A stretch of 64,000 nucleotides of DNA from Alphaproteobacteria bacterium (GTDB lineage Bacteria; Pseudomonadota; Alphaproteobacteria; MPNO01; UBA830): the NCBI GenBank assembly GCA_964291215.2, contig OZ219791.1, forward strand, positions 832,001 to 896,000, given 5' to 3'. Positions 44,282 through 56,373 of the stretch are shown one piece after another. Position numbers and translations under genes: made by a program. Each line of letters starts with the position of its first letter. The stretch's first letter is position 1. The notes beneath the pieces were generated by a model, which saw only the letters and a list, made by a program, of their open reading frames with translations, ran no database searches and was not told the origin of the DNA.

Positions 44282-47113
44282 GTATCTACTCACCCCTAGT
44301 TGGGTTCTGATTGGTCGTAGTGCTCGTTGATGATGTCTGCGGCTTTTCCGTCGAGGGCGATCTGGGTTGCGACGAGTGGGTTGTAGCCGAGTGCGGCCAT
44401 GGAGGTGAGGTAGCTTGAGCCCCGGCACCATGCTTTCGCGTGGAGCATGGTGCGGAAGCATCCGGACACCTTGAGCTTGAGCTTTGCCATCCTGATCTTC
44501 TGTTCTCCGGCATTGTTGGTGAAGCTGACGTCGGGGTTGTCTATGAAGCGCAGGTTTTCGTGTTTCACGAGACGTTCGTGCAGGTTGTGCGCGTCGGACT
44601 TGCGTCCACGTTTTCCTTTCGTCGGGATGTCGGGCAGTTCCCTGGCGCCCTGATGGTGCGGTAGCGCCTGCGCCCGGCGTCGTTCAGGGTTTTGGATGCG
44701 CTCTTGTTGACCTTGTGGCAGACCTCGCGGAGCAGGCTCTTCATCAGTCGCGCGGTAGCCTCGACGACAAAGGTCAGTTCGCGCAGCAGGTGGCTGCCGC
44801 ACAACTGGTGGCTACACTGGCCCATGTACGAGGCCCAGGACGCCCTTGTAGCACGGGATGTTGTGTTTTGATGCGGTACTGTAACTTGATGTCTGGAAAT
44901 TTGTCTGAGGTTTGCGCTTTGAGGCGTTTCACTGGGGGGGGGGGGCTAGCCCCCAGTGAAACGCGGCGCCATCGTGCTATCCCATGGAGCTGTAAACCTT
45001 CATGGAGGAAGTGAATGGACCTGCGACACACTACGACGATTGAGGCCGTTTTGGAACATCTGATCGCAAACGGAGCAACGGATCTGGGGCGGATCTTTGG
45101 TCAGCTCTTCGAGCTTGCGATGCAAATCGAGCGCGAGCAGCACTTGAAAGCGGGCCACCGGACACCGGAACGACAGGGCTATGCCAACGGCTACAAGCGG
45201 ATCGACTCCCCCACTGTTACCGTTCAGGTACCAAAGACGGCCGGTCACGGGGACGACCCGTCCCCAGTCGCTTGAACGCGGCCAGCGATCTTCTCGCGCC
45301 GTAGCCGAGATGTACATCAAGGGTGTTTCCACGCGGCAGGATGTAATGCGCGAGTTCGGGAGCCTGTCCTCTTCTCAGGTCAGCCGGGCCACTAGGTTGC
45401 TCGATGAAGAACTCGCCGCGCAACCGGCCCCTGATGAAATACCTGGATGCGCGCTACGAAAAAGCCCGCCATGACGGCGTTGTGCGCGATGTTGCAGTGC
45501 TCTCGGCCATCGGAATAGGGGCTGCAGGCACGTTCTGGCGCTCTCCGAGGCCGAGGTCCATTGGAGAGCCTTCCTGGAAAGCTTGCTAGCCCTGCATGGT
45601 ACGACCTTCATCGTCTCGGATGACCATGCCGGGCTGAAAGCGGCACGACGCGCGGTGCTGGGCGCGGCGACGTGGCAGCGCTGCCAGTTCCACTTGGCAC
45701 AAAACGCCGTGCACCGAACAACGACATCAGGAAACGTATTGGAAAACAGCTCAGAGCCACGCCTCCTCACTCCAAACCGCCGAGGCTGAACTGGGCGCCC
45801 TCGTGGCCAGCGACAAGCATCCAGGCTTCCTGGCTGGAAAAGAATGCGGGGCTCGCTGTCTTCACCTTGCCCGATGCTCACCACAAGCGCATGCGAACCT
45901 CGAACGGCATCGAGCGACCGATCCAGCAAGAGCTCAAGCGGCGCACCTTAAAAGTCAGGGTCTTTCCGAACCTCGCCTCGTTGGAGCGCCTTTCAACCGC
46001 GGTCCTCATCGACGAAAAATGGGAAACCGAAACCAAGATCAAATGGGAACAGCTCGATCAGCTTCACGACAATTTCCAGACATCAGGTTGCGTAATCGAT
46101 GATGCCGATTTCTTGCCTCCCGGCCGCGCTTGCGGTGCGGGAACTTGCACGTCAGGGTCCCACGACATGAAGCCACTTACTGTTGATCCGAAATCGTCGA
46201 CATCGGGCGTTGCAGGAGGTGCGCCACGGCGGCCTCCTCCCATGACGCATCGTGAAAGCATAGCCGAGGCCTCGGAGAGCTTGATGCCGGAGATCGCCTG
46301 CACGAGCGCGACAGCACGGCGCAGGGACAGCATCTGGGCGACCAGCAGGTTGATGACGAGGGCTTGGATGCCGATGCCGTACTGCACGGGATGTTGTCGG
46401 GGAACCGGCCCTTGGTCCGGGCCTTGCACTTCGGGCATTCCTTGATCTCGGCGCGGCGCTCGACGACCTCGAACACGATGTCATAGAGGACGCGGCGCTC
46501 CCGATCGACGGGGTCGACGCCGTCGGCGCCGCAGGCCGCGACCGTCTCCTCGACGATGATCTTGCGCAGGTTGTTTGTGTGGTTGGTGGTTGTCGCCCAT
46601 CTGCTGGTTCGGCTTCGGGCCCTTGCCGTTGCTCCCGGCACGCTCTTGTCCGTCTGTGACGGCGGCAGACCGGAGTTCCGGCTCGTGCGTGGTCTTCTCC
46701 AGAAGGACGACGATGAGGATGTCGAGCAGGATGACGAAGACGCGGGTCACGGCCTCTTTCGGCACCTTGCCGGCCGCACGCAGCGCCGCGGTCTTGGCCG
46801 CTTCGAACTCCTCGCGCGCCGCGTTGACCGTCGCCATCACCCGGCCTCGACGGTCATGATCGTCGCGAGCATCGCCTGGCGCTCGCTCGGCGGCATCTTT
46901 CGGTACTCCGCCGCCCGGCCTTGCGCTTCATCAGCGCGCCGCCTCCGATGGCACAGCCCGCTCGTCGCCTTCGATCCAAAGTAGCTCACTGGCGGTCCCC
47001 GTCGTTCTCGATAACCACCACTAAACGAATCGGCCTGCAGTGTCAAATCTCCACGAAAACCCGTTCGTTACTCTACCCCGACATCAAGCCGGAACCAGGG
47101 GGTGAGCAGTTAC
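44282..47113 (-). mobile_element. IS66-family MTase-derivative element, interrupted by IS256
   Basis: Both TIRs; 8-bp TSD CTTCGCCT (44274-81, 47114-21). Confidence 0.93.
44875..46097 (+). mobile_element. IS256-family element, degraded
   Basis: TIRs ..TGATGTCTGGAAATT / AATTTCCAGACATCA..; EMYIKGVSTR, YLDARYEK, VSDDHAGLK, WQRCQFH, RTSNGIER..ELKRR..FPN. Confidence 0.9.
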
Positions 47114-47592
47114 CTTCGCCTTTCCATTCTTGGGAGCGCGGCTTGAATGAGCACACCAACGGCCTGGTGCGGGAGTACTTCCCGAAGGGCACGGACTTTC
47201 GCGCGATATGCAACGAAGATGTTCACAAGGTGCAGGATCGGCTCAACACTCGGAAAGTCCCGGGATCGCCGACGGAGGTAATCTTGAAGTGAAACCGCCC
47301 TGACCATCTGCGTTCCGAAGCCGCAACGTGCAGCAGGGTCCATGCCGCGCGACGGGGAAATAGTGGCTTGAAGCCGACAAAGGCGTTGCATAAGCTCGAT
47401 GTTGAAGGAACTGAAGCTGTTCCTAGGCGGAATCGAGAGTGGCAGAGGGGGAAAATTTGTGCAACACCCGGCCCTCATCTCCGTTCGGGCTACGCCCTCA
47501 CTGCGATGAGGGCCGGATGTTGCACTTCAGACGGGAAGTGGGGACGTGATAAAAATTCCAAGCCACAAAAAGTGCCAACTTGGGATATGAGT

Positions 47593-47666
47593 TGGCTGGG
47601 GCGCCAGGATTCGAACCTGGGATCACGGGATCAAAACCCGTTGCCTTACCACTTGGCCACGCCCCA
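47593..47666 (-). tRNA. tRNA-Gln(UUG)
   Basis: TGGGGCG acceptor stem, anticodon arm ACGGG-TTTTGAT-CCCGT, GGTTCGAATCC, 3' CCA. Confidence 0.96.
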
Positions 47667-47782
47667 AAATCGTCGTGCCGCGAACATATGGAAGACATCC
47701 GGCCGCCGCAACAGGAAATCGCCGAAGAACATGTGCCGGAGGCTTGGCGGTGCGGCCGTCATTCGGGGACGCGGCCGCGCTA

Positions 47783-48941
47783 TGGGCTCGCGCCAAATCA
47801 GTTTGTTTATTTAGTGTGGATCTGCCATCGATGATGTCATGGAAGCGATGGTTGATACGCTGCGATCCAAGTTTGTGGTGTTGCGTCCGGTTCCGGACGA
47901 ACGCGCGCGGCGCCTGTGGGCGGCGACGGAGGCCCGTGCCATCGGGCGCGGAGGCGAGTGGTCGAGGCGACGGGGATGGGCACCGTTCGGCGCCGGAGGA
48001 GCTTGATTCGGAGTCTTCGAGTGAGATTTCTTCAGGACGTTTGCGTCGCCCCGGCGGCGGGCGCAACGGATCCGGGTTTGGTGGCGGCGCGAGCTTGAAC
48101 CGATGACGCGCGGCGATCCAGAGAGTTCGCTGCGGTGTCACAGTGCCGCACGGCTGGCGGACCGTCTTGCGGTCGAGGGCGTCAGCGAGCGCACGGTGAA
48201 CCGGCTGCTCCACGATCTGGGGTACAGCCTCCAGGCCAATCGCAAGTAGCATCCGGACCGGGATGCGCAGTTCCGACGCGCCGGGTGCGCGCGTTCCGGA
48301 GTCTGGGCCAGCCTGTGGTGACACGAAGAAGAAGGAAATCCAGTACCGCAATGGCGGCCGGAAATGGCGGCCCGAGGGCGACCCTGAAGCCGTCAACGTG
48401 CATGACTTCCCCGATCCGGAGCTCGGCAAGGCGATCCCCTGCGGGGTCTACGATCTCACCGCCAACGCCGGCTGGGTCAGCGTCGGACACGACACGGCGG
48501 CATTCGCGGTCGAGGCCGCTGGTGGCGGCAGATGAGCCGGCTGCTCTATGCCAGGCGCTTGCTGATCACCGCCGACGGCAGCAGCCGCAACCGGCTGTGG
48601 AAGCTGCAGCACCTTGCCGACGAACTCGGGTTGAAGGTGTCGGTGGCCCACTTCCCGCCCGGAAAGTGGAACAAGATCGAGCACCGGATGTTCTGCCATA
48701 TCACCCGGAACTGGCGCGGCCGGCCCCTCGTCAGCTACCAGGTGATCGTCAAGCTGATCGCCGCGACCACCACCGGCCTCATCATACGCTCGGACCTCGA
48801 CGAGAACAGCTATCCGCTCGGGGTCAAGGTCAGCGACGATGAGATGGACGGCCTCGCCATCCGCAGAGACCCGTTCCACGGCGAGTGGAACTACACCCTT
48901 ACACCACGGACATAACGATCAATTTATTTTGGCGAAATACC
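47783..48941 (+). mobile_element. ISAzo13-family element, degraded (ends approximate)
   Basis: LGYSLQANRK, VNVHDFPD..GKAIPCGVYD, LLITADG, HFPPGKWNKIEHRMF, HGEWNY; imperfect CGCCAAA / TTTGGCG ends. Confidence 0.85.
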
Positions 48942-49843
48942 TATCCGCCGGACAGTGCAGGCCGAACGGACAGCAGGCTCGTTGCCGCGATCCACCACCG
49001 GGGATGCGCCGCCCGCAGGCCGGTGGCAGCCTCGGATGCCTTCCGGACATCGGGAAAGACCGCAAAGCAGGTGGCGCCGCTCCCCGACATGCGGGCAAGC
49101 AGGACGGAGGGGAGGCGCTTGAGCGCCTCCAGGACAGGCGGGATTTCGGGCGCCACAGCCACAGCCGCCGCCGTCAGGTCGTTGCCGAGGGGAGCGAGGC
49201 CGGAGATCAATTCCTCCAGGTCGGCGGGCCGGGTCCACGCAGCTGGTTCCGACCAGGCGCCGGTTCTTGCTCCGAATACCGCGGGGGTGGAGACGGGCAC
49301 CCCCGGGTTGGCGAGGACGAGGCCACAGTCGGGCAGCGCCGGCAGCGTTTCGACGATTTCGCCGGTTCCGGAAACCAGCGACGGCATACCAGCGACGCAA
49401 GCTGGTACGTCGGCCCCGAACTGCTGGCCGAGCCTGGCCAGCTCGTCGTCGCCAGCGGGAAGGTCCCAAAGACGCACCAGCAGGCGCAACGCCGCCGCGG
49501 CATCGGCCGATCCGCCGCCGATGCCGGATGAGACCGGAAGGTTCTTCTCCAACCGCAGCCATGCGCCTCCGTCGACGCCGTAACGGGCCCGGAGCGCGCG
49601 AGCGACCTGGACGACGAGGTTGGCCTCCGGATCGGCCGGGAGGCTGGCAGCGAATTGGCCGTCAGCCGCAAGCGTGATCTCCGGCGCCGGACCCGCTTGA
49701 AGCCGGTCCGCGATCCCGGCGAAGCCGAACAGGCTCTGTAGCGTGTGGTAGCCGTCGGCGCGGCGGCCGGTCACCCTGAGAAACAGATTGATCTTTGCCG
49801 GCGCGTCGATCGCAACGGGACGGTTCCGCGGCCGCGCTACCAC
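48941..49843 (-). CDS. ispE: 4-diphosphocytidyl-2-C-methyl-D-erythritol kinase (start approximate)
   Basis: APAKINLFL..RADGYH, KNLPVSSGIGGGSADAA, RMSGSGATCF. Confidence 0.95.
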   Translation of the reverse strand: MVARPRNRPVAIDAPAKINLFLRVTGRRADGYHTLQSLFGFAGIADRLQAGPAPEITLAADGQFAASLPADPEANLVVQVARALRARYGVDGGAWLRLEKNLPVSSGIGGGSADAAAALRLLVRLWDLPAGDDELARLGQQFGADVPACVAGMPSLVSGTGEIVETLPALPDCGLVLANPGVPVSTPAVFGARTGAWSEPAAWTRPADLEELISGLAPLGNDLTAAAVAVAPEIPPVLEALKRLPSVLLARMSGSGATCFAVFPDVRKASEAATGLRAAHPRWWIAATSLLSVRPALSGG

Positions 49844-49851
49844 CGGTCGGC

Positions 49852-51633
49852 TCAGCTGTCCTTTTCCGGATCTGGAGCGGTGTTGAGGCCGTCGCGAATC
49901 TTGTCCTCGATGGTCTGGACGTCTTCCGGCTCCGGATCCAGCGACAAGGCTCGTTTCCACTGAAACCGCGCTTCTTGAAAGCGGCCGACCCGCCAGTAGG
50001 CGTCGCCGAGGTGGTCGTTGATGGTCGGATCCTGCGAGCGGAGTTCGACGGCCCGCTCTAGGTACCTGACAGCAGTCTCAAAATCCTTCATCCGGTAGAA
50101 GATCCATCCGAGGCTGTCCACGATATAGCCGTCGTTGGGCCGCTGCGAGACGGCGCGTTCGAGCATGCCGTGGGCGCGTTCGAGATTGATGCCCTGATCG
50201 GCCCACGAATAGGCAAGGTAATTGAGCACATAAGGCTGGTCCGGGCGCAGCCGCAGGGCATGTTTGAGATCCCGTTCCGCCAGTTCCCATTTCTTGGCGC
50301 GCTCGAATGCCATGCCCCGCTTGAACAGCAGGCGCCAGTGTCCCGCCTCTATGCTGTCGATTCCGTCGAGCGCCCTGCCATAGGCTTCTGCGGCGCTGTT
50401 GAACTCCTTGTTGCGGCGATGGAGGTCGCCGAGGCCGGCAAGGGCCTCGACGCGGACCGGCTCGTGGACCGCGAGCCGGCTGAAGAGCTCGGTGGCTTCC
50501 GGATCCCGCTCAAGCTGTTCGAGATTCCGCGCTATCCGAAGTTCCGCGGTCCATTTCAGCGGTCTATCGGCAGGGATCTGCCGATAGACCGCGATCGCGT
50601 CCTCATAGCGTTCCAGCGATTCGAGGATGCTTCCCACCAGCATGTCGGCAAGATGCAGGTCCGGATCCAGCCACGTCGCAAGGCGGCCGTAGATCAGCGC
50701 CATGCGCGCCGACGGCGGCTGGCTGATGGCGCTCGCGACATCGAGCAGTACTTCTGCCGCCCCTTCGGCCGCGCCGGCGATCGGGGGCGGCGGTTCGCCT
50801 CCGTCTTCCAGGCGTTCGAGCGCCTTCGCGATGAGTATCGATTCGGGCCGGTCCTTCAGGTACCGGGAATAGAGCTCCGCCGCCTTGTCGGCCCTTCCGT
50901 TTCTTTCGAGGAAGGCGCCGATTCTCTGGGCCATGCGTAGCGACAGGTCCTCGACGCTCTTTCCGGCGCGTTCGTAGTAGGCCAGCGCCTGCTCGTCGCG
51001 GCCGGCCTGTTCGGAGATCAGCCCGGCTTGAAAATCATGGAATACCTGCGGCTGCGACTTCTCCCCGATAACTGCCAGAGTTGTCAGCGCGGCGTCCGTC
51101 TGCCCGCTCTCGGCCTTCACCCAGGCGAGCAGCGTGTTGCGCAGCAACGCGCCGATATCGTCGTCGTCGGAACTCGCGAGCCTGGCCTCGGCCGAAGCCA
51201 GGTCGCCCTGCCTGATCAGGTCGAGCACGACCGCGAGATGAACGATTCCGGTTATCCTTCCGTCGTCGGCGATGGTCGCGGCCAGCTCCATTGCTCGGTC
51301 GATCTTTCCGGCCGAGAGCGTGACGAGGAACAGCTGATAACGCAGATACGGGTCGCCAGGATCTGCCGCGAGGGCTTGATCCAGAAAACTCGACGCCAAG
51401 GCAAAGTTCCCGACCTTGCGGGCCTGCCAGCCGGCGAGGTACCCGCCCAGCGCCTTGGCCGCAGGGCCGGGCATGAGCAGTCTCCTGGGCGCGGTATCGG
51501 TGCTGCCCGAAGCGGCGACCCGGACTTCGACGTCGAGGGCTCGTGGATCTGCTGCCCGCGGCTGGTCCGGTATGCATCCGGCGACGGCGACGGCTGTCAG
51601 GATTGTCGCAGTGAAAGTGAGAGGGAATGTCAT
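49852..51633 (-). CDS. TPR-repeat (lipo)protein
   Basis: Lipobox-like AVAGC; VLNYLAYSW, YIVDSLGW, DHLGDAYWRVGR; conserved upstream of ispE. Confidence 0.88.
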   Translation of the reverse strand: MTFPLTFTATILTAVAVAGCIPDQPRAADPRALDVEVRVAASGSTDTAPRRLLMPGPAAKALGGYLAGWQARKVGNFALASSFLDQALAADPGDPYLRYQLFLVTLSAGKIDRAMELAATIADDGRITGIVHLAVVLDLIRQGDLASAEARLASSDDDDIGALLRNTLLAWVKAESGQTDAALTTLAVIGEKSQPQVFHDFQAGLISEQAGRDEQALAYYERAGKSVEDLSLRMAQRIGAFLERNGRADKAAELYSRYLKDRPESILIAKALERLEDGGEPPPPIAGAAEGAAEVLLDVASAISQPPSARMALIYGRLATWLDPDLHLADMLVGSILESLERYEDAIAVYRQIPADRPLKWTAELRIARNLEQLERDPEATELFSRLAVHEPVRVEALAGLGDLHRRNKEFNSAAEAYGRALDGIDSIEAGHWRLLFKRGMAFERAKKWELAERDLKHALRLRPDQPYVLNYLAYSWADQGINLERAHGMLERAVSQRPNDGYIVDSLGWIFYRMKDFETAVRYLERAVELRSQDPTINDHLGDAYWRVGRFQEARFQWKRALSLDPEPEDVQTIEDKIRDGLNTAPDPEKDS

Positions 51634-51861
51634 GTTGCCGGCCACCTGCTGCGCCGCCGCCGCATCGGTCGAGGGGCAGCGGCGGACATGCGCTGACGGC
51701 CAGATTCGCTGAATCCGCTGCCAAACGCAATCCGTCGTGATGGCGGCTCTCCAAATTTGTCCGGCCATGGGCGCATTTGCCCCGGGCGGACCCAATTTCA
51801 GACGTCCTGACCTCGTGAGTTGACTTGATCAGTCCGGCTCCCCTTTTTTCCGCCACGAATG

Positions 51862-53359
51862 GTAACTGTTCACCCCCTGGTTCCGGCTTGATGTCGGGGT
51901 AGAGCAACGAACGGGTTTTCGTGGAGATTTGACACTGCATGCCGATTCGCTTAGTGGTGGTCATCGAGAACGACGGGGACCGCCAGTGGGCTACTTTGGA
52001 TCGAAGGCGACGAGCGGGCTGTGCCAGCTGCTTCCGGGGCTCCAGCCCCCGCATGATCTGTATGTGGAAACGCATCTCGGAAGCGGCGCGCTGATGAAGC
52101 GCAAGGCCGGGTGATGGCGACGGTCAACGCGGCGCGCGAGGAGTTCGAAGCGGCCAAGGCGCTGCGTGCGGCCGGCAAGGTGCCGAAAGAGGCCGTGATC
52201 CGCGTCCTCGTCATCCTGCTCGACATCCTCATCGTCGTCCTTCTGGAGAAGACCACGCACGAGCCGAAACTCCGGTCTGCCGCCGTCACAGACGGACAAG
52301 AGCGTGCCGGAAGCAACGGCCCGAAGCCGAACCGGCAGATGGGCGACAACCTGCGCAAGATCATCGTCGAGGAGACGGTCGCGGCCTGCGACGCCTGCGG
52401 CGCCGACATCGACGGCCCCGTCGATCGGGAGCGCCGCACGACATCGTGTTCGAGGTCGTCGAACGCCGCGCCGAGATCAAGGAATGCCCGAAGTGCAAGG
52501 CCCGGTTCCCCGACAACATCCCGTGCAGTACGGCATCCAGGCCCTCGTCATCAACCTGCTGGTCGCCCAGATTCTGTCCCTGCGCCGTGCTGTCGCGCTC
52601 GTGCAGGCGATCTCCGGCATCAAGCTCTCCGAGGCCTCGGCTATGCTTTCACGATGCGTCATGGGAGGAGGCCGCCATGGCGCACCTCCTGCAACGCCCG
52701 ATGTCGACGATTTCGGATCAACGGCAAGTGGCTTCATGTCGTGGGACCCTGACATGCAAGTTCCCGCACCGCAAGCGCGGGCAAGAGATCGGCCCGTGCT
52801 ACAAGGGCGTCCTGGGCCTCGTACATGGGCCAGTGTAGCCACCAGCTGTGCGGCAACCACCTGCTGCGCGAACTGACCTTTGTCGTCGAGGCTACCGCGC
52901 GACTGATGAAGAGCCTGCTCCGCGAAGTCTGCCACAAGATCAACAAGAGCGCATCCAAGACCCTGAACGACGCCGGGCCGTGCACAAGCGCTACCGCACC
53001 ATCAGGGCGCCAGGGAACTGCCCGACATCCCGACGAAAGGAAAACGTGGACGCATAGCAAACGCGCACAACCTGCACGAACGTCTCGTGAAACACGAAAA
53101 CCTGCGCTTCATAGACAACCCCGACGTCAGCTTCACCAACAATGCCGGAGAACAGAAGATCAGGATGGCAAAGGTCAAGGTGTCCGGATGCTTCCGCTCC
53201 ACGCAAAAGCATGGTGCCGGGGCTCAAGCTACCTCACCTCCATGGCCGCACTCGGCTACAATCATCACGTCGCCACCCAGATCGCCCTCGACGGAAAAGC
53301 CGCAGACATCATAACGAGCACTACGACCAATCAGAACCCAACTAGGGGTGAGTAGATAC
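51862..53359 (+). mobile_element. IS66-family MTase-derivative element
   Basis: Both TIRs; 8-bp TSD CACGAATG. Confidence 0.93.
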
Positions 53360-53451
53360 CACGAATGAACGATTTTCCCGGTTCTTGCTTGGCAACATAG
53401 CCGCGTGATGGTCCGATATACCATGATGCCTATGCTTGGATAATCCCGGCC

Positions 53452-53700
53452 ATGAACACGCTCGTGATGCACTCTCCTGAAGCCATCGGAACCTCGTGCT
53501 TCTCCCTTGCCGATGTCGACGGACAGACCGTCTACTTCTCGAACATGGAGCCCTGCCACGACGAGGGCGACCGGCCGGCGATGCTGCTGCGGATCGCCAG
53601 GCACGGCGTTCCTCAAAGAGACCTGCAGACGGCGTGAGCCGCGCGACCGTGCAGCGGGCGGTGAAGAAGCTCCGGAACCGGCCTCCGCATGATCTATGAA
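53452..53700 (+). pseudogene. HTH-containing N-terminal remnant, probably of a transposase
   Basis: HGVPQRDL / GVSRATVQRAVKKLR split by a frameshift. Confidence 0.4.
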
Positions 53701-53790
53701 CTGCCAGACAACGCACGCAAACTCGGCCCAGAAGCATCACCCTGATTGGAAGAAATCAAAGCCGAGGTCAGGATGTCTGAATTTCGCCCG

Positions 53791-55428
53791 TCACATGTTG
53801 GGATAGTTGGGGCCGCCGCCGCCTTCCGGGGTGACCCAGTTGATGTTCTGGGTTGGGTCCTTGATGTCGCAGGCCTTGCAGTGCACGCAGTTCTGGGCAT
53901 TGATCTGCAGCGCCGGATTTTCGCCGTCGGCGTCGCGCAGTATTTCGTACACGCCGGCCGGGCAGTACCGCTGTTCGGGGGCGTCGTAGCGTTCGAGATT
54001 GACCGAGATCGGCACCCGGTCATCCCTAAGGGTGAGATGGGACGGTTGGTTTTCCTCGTGGTTGGTGTTCGAGATGTGCACCGACGACAGCCTGTCGAAG
54101 GACACGATCCCGTCCGGTTTGGGGTAGTTGATCCTGGGTGCCTTCGTGGCGTCCCGAAGGCGCGCGTGATCCTCGTGATGGCGCATCGTCCAGGGCGCGC
54201 GGCCACGGAACAGGTAGGTGTCGATGGCCGCATGGGCGAGTCCGGCCCAGAGGCCCCAGCGAAAGGCAGGGCGGATGTTGCGCACGCCGCGGAGTTCCTT
54301 CCAGACCCAGCTGGACTTGAGCGCCTCGCGGTATGCCGCCGCCTCGGCGGCTTCGTCTTCGCCGGTGATCGCGAAAAACACGGCCTCGGCCGCCAGCATG
54401 CCGGATTTCATGGCCGTGTGCGTGCCCTTGATCTTCGCGACGTTGAGAAACCCGGCCGAACATCCGGCCAGCAGCCCGCCTGGAAAGGTGAGTCTCGGGA
54501 TCGACTGGAAACCGCCCTCGTTGATGGCGCGGGCGCCGTAGGCGACGCGGCGGCCGCCCTCGAAGGTCGGACGGATTGCGGGATGGGTCTTGAAGCGCTG
54601 AAACTCCTCGAACGGGCTCAGGTGCGGATTGTCGTAGTCCAGACCGATGACGAAGCCGGTCGCCACCTGGTTGTCTTCGAGATGGTAGAGAAAGGACCCG
54701 CCATAGGTTGACCTGTCGAGCGGCCATCCGATCGTGTGCACGACGCGGCCGGGATAGTGCCGGGCGGGATCGATCTCCCACAGTTCCTTGATTCCGATCC
54801 CGTAGGTCTGGGGCTCCACCCCGTCGCGGAGCGCGAACCTGGAGAACAGGGACTTGGCCAGCGATCCGCGGCAGCCCTCGGCAAAGATGGTCTGCCGAGC
54901 ATGGAGTTCGATTCCGGGCTCGAAGTTCGCCGTCGGCTCGCCATCGCGCCCGATTCCCATCGGTGCTGTTGCGACGCCAGTCACGCGGCCGTCGTTGCCA
55001 TGGAGGATCTCGGCGGCGGGGAAGCCCGGGTAGATCTCGACGCCGGCGGCCTCTGCCTGTTCAGCCAGCCATCGGCACAGATTGCCGAGACTGATGATGA
55101 AGTTGCCGTGGTTCTTCATCTGCGGCGGCGTGGGCAGCCGAACCGCGCCGGACCGGTGCAGGAACAGGAAACGGTCCTCGGTCGCCGGCGTGTTCAGCGG
55201 CGCGCCGCGCTCCTTCCAGTCGGGGAACAGTTCCGCGAGCGCCCGCGGCTCGAGCACGGCACCCGAAAGGATGTGTGCGCCGACCTCGGAACCCTTTTCC
55301 AGGACACAGACCGAGATATTCCTGCCGCTCTCCTTGGCAAGCTGGCGCAGACGGATCGCGGTCGACAGGCCGGCCGGGCCGGCACCGACGACGACGACAT
55401 CATATTCCATCGAATCCCGTTCCATCAC
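53791..55428 (-). CDS. Electron transfer flavoprotein-ubiquinone oxidoreductase
   Basis: [54 protein letters not shown]. Confidence 0.96.
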   Translation of the reverse strand: MMERDSMEYDVVVVGAGPAGLSTAIRLRQLAKESGRNISVCVLEKGSEVGAHILSGAVLEPRALAELFPDWKERGAPLNTPATEDRFLFLHRSGAVRLPTPPQMKNHGNFIISLGNLCRWLAEQAEAAGVEIYPGFPAAEILHGNDGRVTGVATAPMGIGRDGEPTANFEPGIELHARQTIFAEGCRGSLAKSLFSRFALRDGVEPQTYGIGIKELWEIDPARHYPGRVVHTIGWPLDRSTYGGSFLYHLEDNQVATGFVIGLDYDNPHLSPFEEFQRFKTHPAIRPTFEGGRRVAYGARAINEGGFQSIPRLTFPGGLLAGCSAGFLNVAKIKGTHTAMKSGMLAAEAVFFAITGEDEAAEAAAYREALKSSWVWKELRGVRNIRPAFRWGLWAGLAHAAIDTYLFRGRAPWTMRHHEDHARLRDATKAPRINYPKPDGIVSFDRLSSVHISNTNHEENQPSHLTLRDDRVPISVNLERYDAPEQRYCPAGVYEILRDADGENPALQINAQNCVHCKACDIKDPTQNINWVTPEGGGGPNYPNM

Positions 55429-55536
55429 ATGCTCCGGCAGTTGGCGATCTATCGTCCACGGTGCTAGTGCGGGCGGCTTTCATGTATAACATGAGGCTCC
55501 CTTTCGAGGGTAGAGCACTACGGTCCGGGTGAAGAT

Positions 55537-56373
55537 ATGACCAGAGACGGATCCGGGGCGACGGCGGATCACGGGGATGGCGAGGCGCTGCTCGCCTGGT
55601 ATATCGACGCGGGCGCCGACGAGGCGGTCTCGGAAGAGCCGGTTGATCGCTTCGCGGCGGCGAGATCGGCGCCGCGAAGCAACGTTCGCGACGCCGTCCG
55701 GACGCCGCCAGTGCCGGGACAGGCTGCGGCCCCGCGGGTGCCGACGTTGCCGAAGTCGCACCGACAGACGTTCGACAATGCGCGCCAGCTGGCCGCCAGC
55801 GCCGCGACACTGGACGAGTTGAGGGCCGCATTCGAGTTCTTCGAGGGCTGCGCGCTCAAGGCCACGGCCCAGAACTTCGTGTTTGCGGACGGCAATCCGG
55901 AGGCCGGGCTGATGTTCATCGGCGAGGCGCCCGGGGCCGACGAGGACCGCCAGGGCCTGCCGTTCGTTGGGGCGGCAGGCAGGCTGCTCGACCGCATGCT
56001 GCAGGCGATCGATATCGATCGGGAACGGGCCTACATCACTAATATCGTCCCCTGGCGCCCGCCGGGAAACCGCCCGCCGACGGATCCCGAGGTCGCCATG
56101 TGCCTGCCCTTCGCCAAGCGGCACATCGAACTGGTCGCGCCCCGGATTCTGGTGCCGCTTGGCGCGGTGGCGGCCAAGTCTCTGCTCGGCGCCACCGAGG
56201 GCATCATGAGGTTGCGGGGCCGCCGGAAGATCTACAGGACCGACGACGATCGCGAGATCTCGACGCGGCCGATGCTGCATCCGGCCTACCTGCTGCGCAA
56301 TCCCGCTGCCAAGCGCGAGACTTGGCGCGATCTGCGCGAAATCCGCCGCGATCTGGCGGGAACCGGGAGCTGA
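55537..56373 (+). CDS. Uracil-DNA glycosylase family 4
   Basis: [32 protein letters not shown]. Confidence 0.93.
   Translation: MTRDGSGATADHGDGEALLAWYIDAGADEAVSEEPVDRFAAARSAPRSNVRDAVRTPPVPGQAAAPRVPTLPKSHRQTFDNARQLAASAATLDELRAAFEFFEGCALKATAQNFVFADGNPEAGLMFIGEAPGADEDRQGLPFVGAAGRLLDRMLQAIDIDRERAYITNIVPWRPPGNRPPTDPEVAMCLPFAKRHIELVAPRILVPLGAVAAKSLLGATEGIMRLRGRRKIYRTDDDREISTRPMLHPAYLLRNPAAKRETWRDLREIRRDLAGTGS

Larger units (their letters stand above)
43499..47543 (+). mobile_element. IS30-family copy 2, interrupted by IS66::IS256
   Basis: Near-identical to 20061-21261; empty site TCTTCGCCTTTCC seen in copy 1. Confidence 0.92.

Noticed and set aside
44927-44961. G12 tract as a phase-variation switch
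   Set aside because: Lies in a hairpin in the non-coding end of a dead IS256; homopolymer length may be a sequencing error.
44855-46105. TSD for IS256
   Set aside because: Only an imperfect match (TTTGATGC / GATGATGC); not claimed.
47593-47666. tRNA-anchored genomic island or prophage
   Set aside because: No integrase and no duplicated tRNA 3' end seen; flanks are plain IS elements.
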